DNA from: a virus | Length of the DNA: 64,000 bases | Direction: 5' to 3' (one strand) | IMG/VR virus record: IMGVR_UViG_3300023174_000062 | Shown: one piece after another, positions 20,491-30,344 of the stretch | How positions within the stretch are numbered: the stretch's first letter is position 1 | Layout: every line of letters starts with the position of its first letter | Made by a program: the position numbers and the translations under genes | The notes under the pieces: generated by a model | Told to the model about the DNA's origin: nothing | Database searches by the model: none | What the model saw: only the letters and a program-made list of their open reading frames with translations

Positions 20491-20553
20491 TATAAATAAA
20501 GTATAACTCAGTTAGGCTACGGCAAACCTGTACAGATAAGTCTACGGAAAACT
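20491..20553 (+). promoter_or_regulatory. Late promoter and leader with two CTACGG-loop hairpins
   Basis: TATAAATA 20491; AGG-CTACGGCAAA-CCT and AGT-CTACGGAAA-ACT. Confidence 0.55.
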
Positions 20554-20561
20554 CTAAAAAT

Positions 20562-23255
20562 ATGAAATCGTTTAAAGAATCAGTATTGCTTGATGAAGCA
20601 AAAGCAAAAGGCAAAGTAATTGTCGTGTACGGTGGTGGCTTTCAGCCATTTCACGCAGGACATTTGAGTAGTTACACTCAAGCCAAACAGAAATTCCACA
20701 CTCCAGACTTTTATGTTGCATCTAGCAACGACACAAAAGTTCGCCCAATCCCATTCAAAGATAAAGAATTCCTAGCGCAACAAGCAGGAGTTACAGACGA
20801 TTTCGTTCAGGTCGTTCAGCCGATTAATCCAGAAGAGATTATGAAGAAGTATGACGAAAAGAAAGATATTCTTATTCTTATTCGTTCAGAACGTGACCCA
20901 ATGAAGTACACAAAGAAAGATGGTTCACCAGCATATTATCAGCCATTTGTCAGCATTGACAAATGTGAATCATTTGAAACACACGCATACATTTTTGTAA
21001 CTAAGAAACATGACTTTAAAGTCAATGGTCAAGAAGCATTCTCCGGCAGTCAAGTTAGAAAAATGTATTCAGATGCAGACTCAGAAGGTAGAGATAAAAT
21101 CATTGGAGATTTATATCCAAAAGCAAAAAACAAGGCTAAGGTAAAAAAACTTTTAGACAAATACATAGGCGGTGGCATGAACGAAGAAATAGAACAACAA
21201 GACGAAGCGGTACTTGGCTATGCACAACGTAGACAAAGGGCGCAAAGATTTAGAACAATGAACAAGCGTTTAGTAAGAGCAAGAGCGATGCAAGCAAAAC
21301 GTTTTGCTGATCCTAAGAGATTGAAAAGAAGAGCCGCTAAGATGGCATATCAATTCTTCAGAGGGCGCCTTGCTGGTGGTAAGAACTATGCAGACTTGGG
21401 TGCTGGAGAGAAAATTGCAATCGACACTAGATTGCAAAAGATGTTGCCTGCAATTAAAAAGTTTGCAGTACGTTTAGTGCCAGCCGCTAGAAGTAAAGAG
21501 ATTGCACGTAAACAAAACATGATGATGCGAAAAGAAGATTTGAATTTTATGTTTGCAGACTTCATTGTAGAGAAGCCAACTCTACCGCAAGATAAAGATG
21601 TTGCGAAGAAAGATGGAACACAACCTAAGAAGTATTATGTTGGTTTAGACAAAGACACAAAAGACGCTAGAGCATCACACTTTGCGACAAATGGACCAAA
21701 ATCGGATTCAGATAAGAGTGCATACAAAGATGCGCCTGGTGACAAAGAGGCAAGAGAAAAAGGTATGCAACAATCAAAGCATACTAAGAAATTCAAACAG
21801 ATGTATGGTGAAGCAGTAAAGACACCAGAAGAAAGAAAAGAAGTTTCTAGATTAGATCAATTGGTTCGTTTAGGATTAGCAGATACCAAATCTCTTACAG
21901 TCATCAAACGTTCTGTTGAGAAATTAAAATCTGGTGACATGCTGAATCCGTCAGAGCGCAACGTCACAAATGATTTGTTGACTACGTTACTTGATATGGT
22001 AACTTCAAGCGATGCATTGTTCAGAATGACAAAGACGCAGTTACAAAAAGAATCTATTGATGAAGCCGCATACAAAGGCAACATTGGTGCAATGGAGATG
22101 ATGAAGTTCTTTCAAGTTGCAACGCCACAAGAAAAAGAAAAACTCAAAAAACTTATTGCAGATAAGAATCAATCAGCCGCTTGGAAAATGATTCAAGACG
22201 TTACTGGCATGAAACTCATGGGCGAAGAAGATGAGTATGATGATAGCGACTATGATGAGACTGATGGTCTCTCAATGGCACAGATTGAAGTTTCTAACAT
22301 GATTCAAGACGCAGAAGAATTGCTTGAAATGATGGATGAAATGGATGAAGAACCAGATGCTTGGGTTCTATCTAAAATTACTAAAGCGGCCGACTATGTT
22401 TCAACAGTACGTGATTACTTAGAATTCGAAGGCGACTTTGATTATCAAGATGATGACGAAGAAGGTAATGGCGAAGATGATGATGGTGAATTCACTGGTG
22501 CAGAATTAGACATGTATGCAAGTGAAATGGGACCAGATGAGTTTGGTGATGCATACGAAGAGTTTAAGCCAATCTTAGAAGAGATCGAAGGCTTGAAAAA
22601 GAAAGCAGAAAAGTCTGGCATTGCTTATGGTATTCTCAAAGCAGTTTACGACAGAGGTATGGCGGCTTGGCAAGGTGGCCATCGTCCTGGAACAACACCA
22701 CAGCAATGGGCATTCGCTAGAGTGAATTCGTTCATTACAAAAGGTCCTGGCACTTGGGGTAAAGCAGATAAAGATTTGGCTTCCAAAGTAAACAAGAATG
22801 AAGAGTTTTCTAAATTTGCTGAAGCATTAGAGTGGGGTACGGATGCAATGCGTAAAGCATATGCCTCAGATACTCCTGGTCAATCTACAGAAATTCAAAC
22901 AGCAGATCATCAATCTTGTTGCGGTGATTGCGAAAAAGATTCAATTGGAGAAGAAGTTGATTGGGAACAAGTTGTCAATGAAGCAGACTATCAAGGTAAA
23001 TCTGTTAAGTTGAATGATCCATTCAGAACACCTGATGGTCCAAAGAAGTTTGGCGTATACACTATGGGACCAAATGGTAAAGTTGTTGTTGTTCGTTTTG
23101 GTGATCCTAATATGGAAATCAAACGTGACGATCCTGAGAGATTAAAGAGTTATCGTGCTAGACACGGTTGCGACAATCCTGGACCAAAGTGGAAAGCAAA
23201 CTATTGGTCTTGCCAAATGTGGCGTTCAGACAAAAGCGTAAGCGATTTAGATTAA
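20562..23255 (+). CDS. Large modular late protein: N-terminal HxGH nucleotidyltransferase plus several small modules
   Basis: GGGFQPFHAGH, SGSQVR; later modules YDRGMAAW...QQWAFARVNSF and FGDPNM...RARHGC...ANYWSC. Confidence 0.75.
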   Translation: MKSFKESVLLDEAKAKGKVIVVYGGGFQPFHAGHLSSYTQAKQKFHTPDFYVASSNDTKVRPIPFKDKEFLAQQAGVTDDFVQVVQPINPEEIMKKYDEKKDILILIRSERDPMKYTKKDGSPAYYQPFVSIDKCESFETHAYIFVTKKHDFKVNGQEAFSGSQVRKMYSDADSEGRDKIIGDLYPKAKNKAKVKKLLDKYIGGGMNEEIEQQDEAVLGYAQRRQRAQRFRTMNKRLVRARAMQAKRFADPKRLKRRAAKMAYQFFRGRLAGGKNYADLGAGEKIAIDTRLQKMLPAIKKFAVRLVPAARSKEIARKQNMMMRKEDLNFMFADFIVEKPTLPQDKDVAKKDGTQPKKYYVGLDKDTKDARASHFATNGPKSDSDKSAYKDAPGDKEAREKGMQQSKHTKKFKQMYGEAVKTPEERKEVSRLDQLVRLGLADTKSLTVIKRSVEKLKSGDMLNPSERNVTNDLLTTLLDMVTSSDALFRMTKTQLQKESIDEAAYKGNIGAMEMMKFFQVATPQEKEKLKKLIADKNQSAAWKMIQDVTGMKLMGEEDEYDDSDYDETDGLSMAQIEVSNMIQDAEELLEMMDEMDEEPDAWVLSKITKAADYVSTVRDYLEFEGDFDYQDDDEEGNGEDDDGEFTGAELDMYASEMGPDEFGDAYEEFKPILEEIEGLKKKAEKSGIAYGILKAVYDRGMAAWQGGHRPGTTPQQWAFARVNSFITKGPGTWGKADKDLASKVNKNEEFSKFAEALEWGTDAMRKAYASDTPGQSTEIQTADHQSCCGDCEKDSIGEEVDWEQVVNEADYQGKSVKLNDPFRTPDGPKKFGVYTMGPNGKVVVVRFGDPNMEIKRDDPERLKSYRARHGCDNPGPKWKANYWSCQMWRSDKSVSDLD

Positions 23256-23268
23256 AGCGGAGATACAC

Positions 23269-24984
23269 ATGAAAGATATAGAAGAAGCAAAAGTTGGATC
23301 AGGTACAGCAATCGCAGATAAGTCTGCTGAGAAACGTGCCCAATTATCATTGAAAATGGTTCAGTTACGCATGAAACAAAATAAAGAACGTGAGGCACTT
23401 GCCGCACAAAGAAAGTCTTTACAAAAGGAAGAGACAATGACTGAATCATTTAGCGCATCTCAAATTGCCGCTTTGAAAACAGAGTACTCTAAGATTAATG
23501 GAATTGATCCATCAAGTGACACATACAAGAAATTGATTGCTATGCTTGATAGATTAGATTTGAAATCTTTGAAATCTCTTGCTGGCGCTGAAATCAAGTT
23601 CGTATCTAAACTCGCACAGAATCGTGTTGCTAGAAAAAACGTAAAAGAAGAAATTCAACTTGCCGAGTTGTCAACAAATAAACTAGCAGACTATAAAAAG
23701 AAAGCAGGTGCATCCGCATCGGCGGCTGATAAAGCAGGCGACACAAAAACAGGCAACAAACGTTTCTCTGGCATTATGAAAGCAACCAGAAAGCAATTCG
23801 ACAATGACGCAAAGAAAAGTGTGTCAGAGGCTTCACAAAGAGTTGACTCACTTGTGACTGACGCATTAAAAGTAATGCAAGGTTCAGAGTTAAAAGATGC
23901 CGTACAAGCATTAAAGACTGTGCTTGGAGATAGAGAATACAATGACCGCCGTGGGCATTACAATTTCTATGTCAAACAACTAGTTGACATGTATGGTAAG
24001 AAAACAAACGAAGAGTTGTCACCAAAGCAAAAACAAATCGACAAGAATAAGAACGGCAAGATTGACGGATTCGATTTAGCACACTTACGTAAGAAGACTG
24101 AAGAGTTGTCACCAAAACAAAAAGCACTTGATAAAAACAAGAATGGTAAAATTGATGGTTCTGATTTAGCAAAGTTACGCAAAGAAGAAACAGACTTACA
24201 AGAAAAGTCTGACTACGAAGTTTATCATAAAGACTATTCTGGTGCAGTACAAGCCGCTATCAAGCAAGCAGAGAAGCGTGGCTTTGAAGTAGACATGGAC
24301 GATTGGCACGACAAAGTTGCTACTGGTCCTAAGAAGCCTTCTGCTGGTAAAACAAATTCATTCTCTGTCAAGTTGAAGAAAGACGGCAAAGAATCTAAGA
24401 AAGCATTGCATCTTCAAGTGTACAACATGGACAATCACAAGTATGAGTTGAACATGTACATTGAATCTGTAAAAGAAGCATCCTCACCTGCACAACAAGC
24501 GGCTATCGCTATTGCTATGAAGAAGGCTGGTAAGAAGCCTAAAGACATGGAAGAGAGTGACGCATACGACAAAGACGTTAAGCCAAGCGACAAGCCACAC
24601 GATAAAGAAGCGGCCGCCAAACGTGCAAAACTAGCCGCATTAGCCGCTAGAAAGAAAATGACCGAAGGTCTAATGGATAAGATTAAAGCGATTAAGCGTG
24701 GTATGCAGGCTAAAGATAAAGCAGATGACCATTGGGACAAAGCAGGCGATCCAAAGAATCCAGAAGCAAAGAAAGATTTGAAGAAAGCAGTTCGCTATAC
24801 CAATCTTTTAAACAAAGAAGAAGTTATCGTGACTGAAGCCAAAAAGAAAACTTGGAAAGACATGAGAAAAAAAGTAAAGAATGAAGAAGCACCCAATAAG
24901 GCTACAGTTAAAAAAGGCGATGATTTGAGTGGTAAGAGAGAACCAATCGAAATTAATCCAGAATTGAAAGACACGGCGAAATAA
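23269..24984 (+). CDS. Modular Lys/Glu-rich late protein with two EF-hand-like repeats
   Basis: EELSPKQK.IDKNKNGKIDG.DL twice; many xEE/xE linkers. Confidence 0.7.
   Translation: MKDIEEAKVGSGTAIADKSAEKRAQLSLKMVQLRMKQNKEREALAAQRKSLQKEETMTESFSASQIAALKTEYSKINGIDPSSDTYKKLIAMLDRLDLKSLKSLAGAEIKFVSKLAQNRVARKNVKEEIQLAELSTNKLADYKKKAGASASAADKAGDTKTGNKRFSGIMKATRKQFDNDAKKSVSEASQRVDSLVTDALKVMQGSELKDAVQALKTVLGDREYNDRRGHYNFYVKQLVDMYGKKTNEELSPKQKQIDKNKNGKIDGFDLAHLRKKTEELSPKQKALDKNKNGKIDGSDLAKLRKEETDLQEKSDYEVYHKDYSGAVQAAIKQAEKRGFEVDMDDWHDKVATGPKKPSAGKTNSFSVKLKKDGKESKKALHLQVYNMDNHKYELNMYIESVKEASSPAQQAAIAIAMKKAGKKPKDMEESDAYDKDVKPSDKPHDKEAAAKRAKLAALAARKKMTEGLMDKIKAIKRGMQAKDKADDHWDKAGDPKNPEAKKDLKKAVRYTNLLNKEEVIVTEAKKKTWKDMRKKVKNEEAPNKATVKKGDDLSGKREPIEINPELKDTAK
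24010..24183 (+). repeat. 90 bp tandem duplication encoding EF-hand-like loops
   Basis: gaagagttgtcaccaaa at 24010 and 24100. Confidence 0.8.
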
Positions 24985-24985
24985 C

Positions 24986-25480
24986 ATGACAAACGAGTTG
25001 CCACAAATTTATTGTGACATGGATCAAGTATTGGTCAATTTCATTGGCGGTGCAAACAAAGCATTGTCGGATCAGGGATTAGGTCGATTTCAAGACATAG
25101 AGAAGTCTGTTAAGTGGGAAGCACTACAGAAAGTTCCTAAGTTTTGGGCTAATCTTCCGCCAATGTCTGATGCTATGACACTTTGGAGATTCATTCGTCC
25201 ACACGGACCATTCATTCTTTCGACTCCTTCTAAGCATATGGCTACATGTAAGCAAGAAAAAACTGAATGGGTCAGAAAGCATTTAGGTAATGTAGAACAC
25301 ATTTACCTTGTTCCGAGAGAAAACAAGCAAAAATTTGCAGTTACTGAAGACGGAAAGCCTAATCTATTAATTGATGATTACGAAAAAAACATCAAAGAAT
25401 GGGTTTCTGCTGGAGGAATTGGAATACGACATATAAATAGTATGAACACTATTTTACAATTACGAAAACTAGGATATTAA
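24986..25480 (+). CDS. HAD-family 5'(3')-deoxyribonucleotidase (NT5C-like)
   Basis: YCDMDQVL, LIDD. Confidence 0.75.
   Translation: MTNELPQIYCDMDQVLVNFIGGANKALSDQGLGRFQDIEKSVKWEALQKVPKFWANLPPMSDAMTLWRFIRPHGPFILSTPSKHMATCKQEKTEWVRKHLGNVEHIYLVPRENKQKFAVTEDGKPNLLIDDYEKNIKEWVSAGGIGIRHINSMNTILQLRKLGY
25432..25439 (+). promoter_or_regulatory. T4-type late promoter
   Basis: TATAAATA before virion-type genes. Confidence 0.65.
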
Positions 25481-25495
25481 TAAAAGGAGAACACC

Positions 25496-25975
25496 ATGGC
25501 ACTATGGGGAACAAGAGATTCATTTGCAATCACAGGAACAGTTAGCGTAGCCAACACTACCACAACAGTTACAGGTAATGCAAACACAGTTTTTACTACA
25601 CAACTTAACATTGGTGACACATTAGTCATTAATGGTAGAAGACGCAGAGTTGATGCGATTTCAGCGGCCAATAACTTAACTATTGGTACTGCTTGGAATA
25701 CAGCAAACGTATCTGCTGGAACCATTACGGGTCAAGACACACCAGTTTATGTATCAGCAGAAGAAATTTCTTCTAATAACATTATTGGTGTAGACACAAC
25801 TGAAGCCGGCATTACTGCTAACAAAGCAAGAGGTATTAATACACCAGGCTGGACTAAGTATGTGACATATACAGACATGCATGGCAATACACGATACAAA
25901 ACAGAACCTTTAGTGGTTATGGGTGCTGGCGTATCTTCTGATGCACCAGATGACACTATTGCGGCAGACAGTTAA
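25496..25975 (+). CDS. Putative virion structural protein
   Basis: MALWG start, Thr/Asn-rich beta content, PGW...RYKTEPLV. Confidence 0.6.
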   Translation: MALWGTRDSFAITGTVSVANTTTTVTGNANTVFTTQLNIGDTLVINGRRRRVDAISAANNLTIGTAWNTANVSAGTITGQDTPVYVSAEEISSNNIIGVDTTEAGITANKARGINTPGWTKYVTYTDMHGNTRYKTEPLVVMGAGVSSDAPDDTIAADS

Positions 25976-26043
25976 TTTTCAATATTGACCTGAGTCCCAG
26001 GAGTAGCATTCCCATTCAATTGGGTTTACATTAAGGAAAAGAA

Positions 26044-26580
26044 ATGGCAGATAAAAAAGTAACGCAGTTAACAGCATTGACTGCACCGACACAAGACGAT
26101 TTATTATTAATCATTGATGATCCAGCAGGCTCACCAGTAAGTAAGAAAATTACTGTTGGTGATCTATTGGGTAGAACATCACAAGTATCATCAAACACAA
26201 TCAATCTTGCTTCAGTAGGTGACACATCATTGAATGCAAACAATTTTACAGTAACAACAACCAATCAAGTTACATTCACTAAAGGTCTTTCGATCAATAG
26301 TGGCGGTACGCAATCTGATACTAAAATTGCGACTGACAATCAAGCAAACATGTTCTATGTTAATGCGACTACAGATAAGATTGGTTTGATGACAAACACA
26401 CCATCTGAAGTATTAGACATTAATTCTGATGCAGTTCGTGTGCGTACTGCTAGAACACCAGCAAGTTCAAACAATACAGCAGTTGGTTGGGGTGTTGGCA
26501 CTATTGCTTGGGATGCAAGTTATTTGTATGTTGCAGTTAATGCATCCACAATTAAGCGAGTAGCACTAAGTTCATTCTAA
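26044..26580 (+). CDS. Putative virion fibre/decoration protein
   Basis: MADKKVTQLTAL...SKKITV and WDASYLYV...KRVALSSF motifs typical of phage fibre proteins. Confidence 0.6.
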   Translation: MADKKVTQLTALTAPTQDDLLLIIDDPAGSPVSKKITVGDLLGRTSQVSSNTINLASVGDTSLNANNFTVTTTNQVTFTKGLSINSGGTQSDTKIATDNQANMFYVNATTDKIGLMTNTPSEVLDINSDAVRVRTARTPASSNNTAVGWGVGTIAWDASYLYVAVNASTIKRVALSSF

Positions 26581-26936
26581 TGATTATTTTAAATAATGAT
26601 AATTTTGATGAATATGCAGTAGGCAATTATATCAATCCAAATTGTGTATCTGTGCTAGAATTTCTAGATGATTTAAAAATAATTAAATACATCAAGAGAC
26701 TCATAAACAAATATGCAGACAAACAGGAATTGAAAGAGAGATTGATACTTAATCACATCATATCTCTTTCAAATGTTTTTGGAGTTGAGGCTACTGTAAA
26801 TATGTTGATGTTCAGAATAGATAAAACACATCATCATATTTTGAGTGCATTTTTTGTTTATCTTGATTACATCGAATTAGAAAACGTAGAAGTTTTAGAT
26901 TTAGCATTGTATAATAAATTAAAGAAGATCATTTAA
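26580..26936 (+). CDS. Conserved T4-like hypothetical protein
   Basis: YINP.C...EF.DD...KYIKRL...LKERLILNHII.L.NVFG. Confidence 0.65.
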   Translation: MIILNNDNFDEYAVGNYINPNCVSVLEFLDDLKIIKYIKRLINKYADKQELKERLILNHIISLSNVFGVEATVNMLMFRIDKTHHHILSAFFVYLDYIELENVEVLDLALYNKLKKII

Positions 26937-27976
26937 TGGCAAATTTAGTAGACTTATACTTAGTGTATCGAATTTTAAGATTGTTTACTACTCCGTTCGC
27001 AGAGTGGGAAGCAAACAAAACTGGTGTTATTGATGACGAAGGAAACATTGTTGTTCCTCAAGATAAAAGAACAATAGCACAAGATGATTCATTCACTAAG
27101 TTCGACTTATTGATTCTAAAACTCAAACGAGTTTTGGAAAAATTGCCGTTTGGTAAAACTAAACTAGCATCATATGCGGCCGCATTGTTCCTTCTCAAAG
27201 AAGAAAAGAATATTAAAGAAGATACATTAGAAGAACAGTTCTTAGAGTATTACAATGGGCAAAGTTATTTAACTGAAAATGTACCAGTAAACAATGTTGG
27301 TGGTGGAAACATTGCTGGCGCTAATGGTGATCCACCAAAGCCAACTAAAGTTATGATACGTAGATTTGCAAATCACGATGTGTTTGTTGTTGATGGAAAG
27401 AAATTCAATGACGCACGTTTTGGTAAAAAGAAATATCTTAAGTATGAGAAGTATGTTGGCAACGATGAAGTTGGAAATGCGATTCGTGACTATGGGCGCA
27501 AGTATCCTAAGAAGCCAATTATCATACAAGACGAATTAACGGGTGCTATGACATTCTTACGTCATGGGCGCAACGGAATGTTCAGAGAGCAATTTGAACG
27601 AGAGCAATTAGTTGAAGAAGTGTCCCAAGCGCAATTGACTGAATTGGAAAAATACTTAGATCAATTGTTCAAAGTGTTAAATGTTGATGTTGCATTCACT
27701 AAGCATTTTTTAGATAGAGTTAACGATGCACGTAATGGTAAACCTATCACAGTAGATGAATTGCAGTTGTTATTTAAGAAGACGATTCAGAAGTATGGTA
27801 AGAAAATACCTGCTTTAGGACCTGATGCTGAAGCAGTATTGAATGATATGAAGACGCAAATCAATTTACCATTTGTATTGAAGTGGGATAGAGATGCGGA
27901 AGAGTTAGATTTAGTAGCAAAGACAGTTATGCGTAAAAAGAATTTTATGACGCATAATCAAAAATTCACAGTATAA
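26936..27976 (+). CDS. Conserved modular late protein
   Basis: YRIL.L.TTPF..W.A...GVID; second module TKHFLDRVND.RN after LVEE linker. Confidence 0.6.
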   Translation: MANLVDLYLVYRILRLFTTPFAEWEANKTGVIDDEGNIVVPQDKRTIAQDDSFTKFDLLILKLKRVLEKLPFGKTKLASYAAALFLLKEEKNIKEDTLEEQFLEYYNGQSYLTENVPVNNVGGGNIAGANGDPPKPTKVMIRRFANHDVFVVDGKKFNDARFGKKKYLKYEKYVGNDEVGNAIRDYGRKYPKKPIIIQDELTGAMTFLRHGRNGMFREQFEREQLVEEVSQAQLTELEKYLDQLFKVLNVDVAFTKHFLDRVNDARNGKPITVDELQLLFKKTIQKYGKKIPALGPDAEAVLNDMKTQINLPFVLKWDRDAEELDLVAKTVMRKKNFMTHNQKFTV

Positions 27977-27985
27977 GGAAACGAT

Positions 27986-28105
27986 ATGTTAGAAACAATT
28001 TTTTGGATTTTAATCGGTGCATTTGTTGGATGGCACTTTCCTCAACCTGCATGGGCTAAGACTTTAGAAACTAAAGCACGTTCACTATTCGCACCTAAAG
28101 AGTAA
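27986..28105 (+). CDS. 39 aa membrane peptide
   Basis: MLETIFWILIGAFVGWHFPQP; AAGGA SD. Confidence 0.55.
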   Translation: MLETIFWILIGAFVGWHFPQPAWAKTLETKARSLFAPKE

Positions 28106-28110
28106 TTGTC

Positions 28111-28557
28111 ATGTGGATTTTAGAATGGTTGCCTAATTGGATTTTCTATGCAGTCTTCTTTGCAGGATTGCTTGGACTTGTTGCAACGTATTTTCTAAAG
28201 TTCATTCCATTTTTATCAACGTATCAGATTCCGATACAAGTATTGTCTGTTATCGCATTGTGCTTTGGTACATACATGGCAGGTGCTATATCAGACAATG
28301 AATCTTGGCTTGCTAAAGTAAAAGATGTTGAAGCAAAAGTTGCAGAAGTTCAAGTACAGTCTGCTAAAGAAAATGTAAAGATTGTTGAAAAGGTAGTTAA
28401 GAAAATTGAAATTGTTAGAGTGCAAGGTAACGAAGTCATAAAGTATGTTGACCGAGAAGTTGTGAAGTACGACACTAAATTTGCACCAGGTGGTATTTGT
28501 GAAATACCTAAAGAATTTTTCGTAGCACATAATGATGCGGCAAAGGATTCAAGATGA
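28111..28557 (+). CDS. Putative inner-membrane spanin (Rz-like)
   Basis: N-terminal TMs, coiled coil, C-terminal Cys; overlaps lipoprotein gene. Confidence 0.6.
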   Translation: MWILEWLPNWIFYAVFFAGLLGLVATYFLKFIPFLSTYQIPIQVLSVIALCFGTYMAGAISDNESWLAKVKDVEAKVAEVQVQSAKENVKIVEKVVKKIEIVRVQGNEVIKYVDREVVKYDTKFAPGGICEIPKEFFVAHNDAAKDSR

Positions 28558-28823
28558 ATAAATACCTTGCACCATTATTGCTTATATTAGTAACGGGATG
28601 TTCAACTGTCGTTCCAGTGACAGTAAAATTTCCTGATGCACCAGATAGAATAAAAATTAAATGCCCCCAGTTAAAAACCCTAAACGAAGAGGCTAAGTTG
28701 TCCGACATAGCCAAGACAATAACCGAAAACTACACAACGTATTACGAATGTGCAGTTAGAAATGACGCTTGGATAGAATGGTACGAGACCCAAAAAATAA
28801 TTTTCGAGAAGTTAAACAAATGA
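28554..28823 (+). CDS. Putative outer-membrane spanin lipoprotein (Rz1-like)
   Basis: Lipobox LVTGC, Pro-rich, further Cys residues. Confidence 0.65.
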   Translation: MNKYLAPLLLILVTGCSTVVPVTVKFPDAPDRIKIKCPQLKTLNEEAKLSDIAKTITENYTTYYECAVRNDAWIEWYETQKIIFEKLNK

Positions 28824-29251
28824 GTGATACCGTAGAATTAAAAGTCGATGTGGAAGTTCTCAAGAATCAAGTATTGACTATTACACAACTTTGTAGTAAA
28901 ATGGATTCGGTTATCGAAAAACTGGTGGATAATCACGACCGTATGGTCAATCAAATCTACAACGACATGGAAAAAAGAAAAAACGATACCAATACTGATG
29001 TTAAAGAATTGCATTCCAGAATCACGACAATTAGCCGTGAGGTATCGGATAAGGTTGAATTGACGGAACGTAGAATCATGGATGAAATTAAAGCCCTCCG
29101 TGAAGAGATTCAAGAGCATAATCGCAAAGAAGATAATGAATTACGTAAGATCATGGAATGGAAATGGATGGCAGCCGGTGCAATTGTTGTTCTTGCGTGG
29201 ATCATGTCCAATATCAAAATAGATGCAGTATCAAAACTATTCGGTAACTAA
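28820..29251 (+). CDS. Coiled-coil protein with C-terminal TM (holin/lysis accessory candidate)
   Basis: Heptads then WKWMAAGAIVVLAWI. Confidence 0.5.
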   Translation: MSDTVELKVDVEVLKNQVLTITQLCSKMDSVIEKLVDNHDRMVNQIYNDMEKRKNDTNTDVKELHSRITTISREVSDKVELTERRIMDEIKALREEIQEHNRKEDNELRKIMEWKWMAAGAIVVLAWIMSNIKIDAVSKLFGN

Positions 29252-29280
29252 TTGACTTCCAGTCGAATGTACGCTATAAT
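29252..29280 (+). promoter_or_regulatory. sigma70 promoter
   Basis: TTGACT-17-TATAAT. Confidence 0.75.
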
Positions 29281-29321
29281 ATACATTCGATGAACATTGT
29301 ATAGTATGAGAAACATTAATT

Positions 29322-30344
29322 ATGAGTATTTGGATAGACCAAAAGTACATTGGTACACTCTCGGTTCGCTTGGACAAATTTGTCCGTAAAGGCGACTACA
29401 CCTACAACTTCAGATGCCCTATCTGCGGTGACTCCCAAACAAATCGAAACAAGGCACGTGGATACATCTTTGCACAAAAAGGTGGACTCTTCTACAAGTG
29501 TCACAATTGTGCTGTCAGCATTTCGCTAGGCAGTCTAATCAAAGCAGTTGACCCAAACCTTTACAAAGAGTATTGCCTAGAGCGATACAAAGAAGGCGAG
29601 ACAGGTCGCAAAGCACACAAAGAACACGGATTTATTTTTAAGCCTGTCACATTTGGCAGTAACAAAACAGACAATCTAAAAGGTGTTCTAACTTCCTTAT
29701 CTAAACTCGGCGATACGCATGAGGCGATTGTATATGCACGTTCACGAAAGATTCCTGAGAACAAACTAAAGACGTTATACTACGTTGACAATGTTCAGAA
29801 GTTGAAAGTCTTTTCTCCAGAGTATGAAGAGAAGATTGTGACTGAAGAACCTAGAATCGTATTGCCGTTCTATGATAAAGATGATGAACTAGTTGGATTA
29901 ACAGCCCGTGGTATTCGTGGTGAGAAACAGCGTTATCTTGTGATGAAAATAAAAGATGATTCGCCCATGATTTACAACATGAACGGGATAGATATAACAC
30001 AGACTATTTTTGTTACTGAAGGTCCGATTGATAGTTTGTTCTTACCTAATGCAGTCGCAGTTGGAAATTCTAATTTGAAGTATGTACTTAATTACTTACC
30101 GAAAGATAAGTTAGTATTGATTTACGACAACGAACCACGTAATAAAGAAATCGTAAGAGAGATTGGTGATGCAATTGACGCAGGCGCAAACGTAGTCATA
30201 TGGCCAAAATCATATGAAGAAAAAGATATAAATGATATGATACTTGCCGGAAAAACGCAGGATGAAATCTTGAATACTATAAATAAATTTACTTTTCGTG
30301 GTCCTAAAGCACTACTTGAATACAACATATGGAAGATGAGATGA
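29322..30344 (+). CDS. 61: DNA primase gp61
   Basis: RCPICGDS Zn finger, CHNC, TEGPIDS, DNEPRN, KDIND. Confidence 0.95.
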   Translation: MSIWIDQKYIGTLSVRLDKFVRKGDYTYNFRCPICGDSQTNRNKARGYIFAQKGGLFYKCHNCAVSISLGSLIKAVDPNLYKEYCLERYKEGETGRKAHKEHGFIFKPVTFGSNKTDNLKGVLTSLSKLGDTHEAIVYARSRKIPENKLKTLYYVDNVQKLKVFSPEYEEKIVTEEPRIVLPFYDKDDELVGLTARGIRGEKQRYLVMKIKDDSPMIYNMNGIDITQTIFVTEGPIDSLFLPNAVAVGNSNLKYVLNYLPKDKLVLIYDNEPRNKEIVREIGDAIDAGANVVIWPKSYEEKDINDMILAGKTQDEILNTINKFTFRGPKALLEYNIWKMR

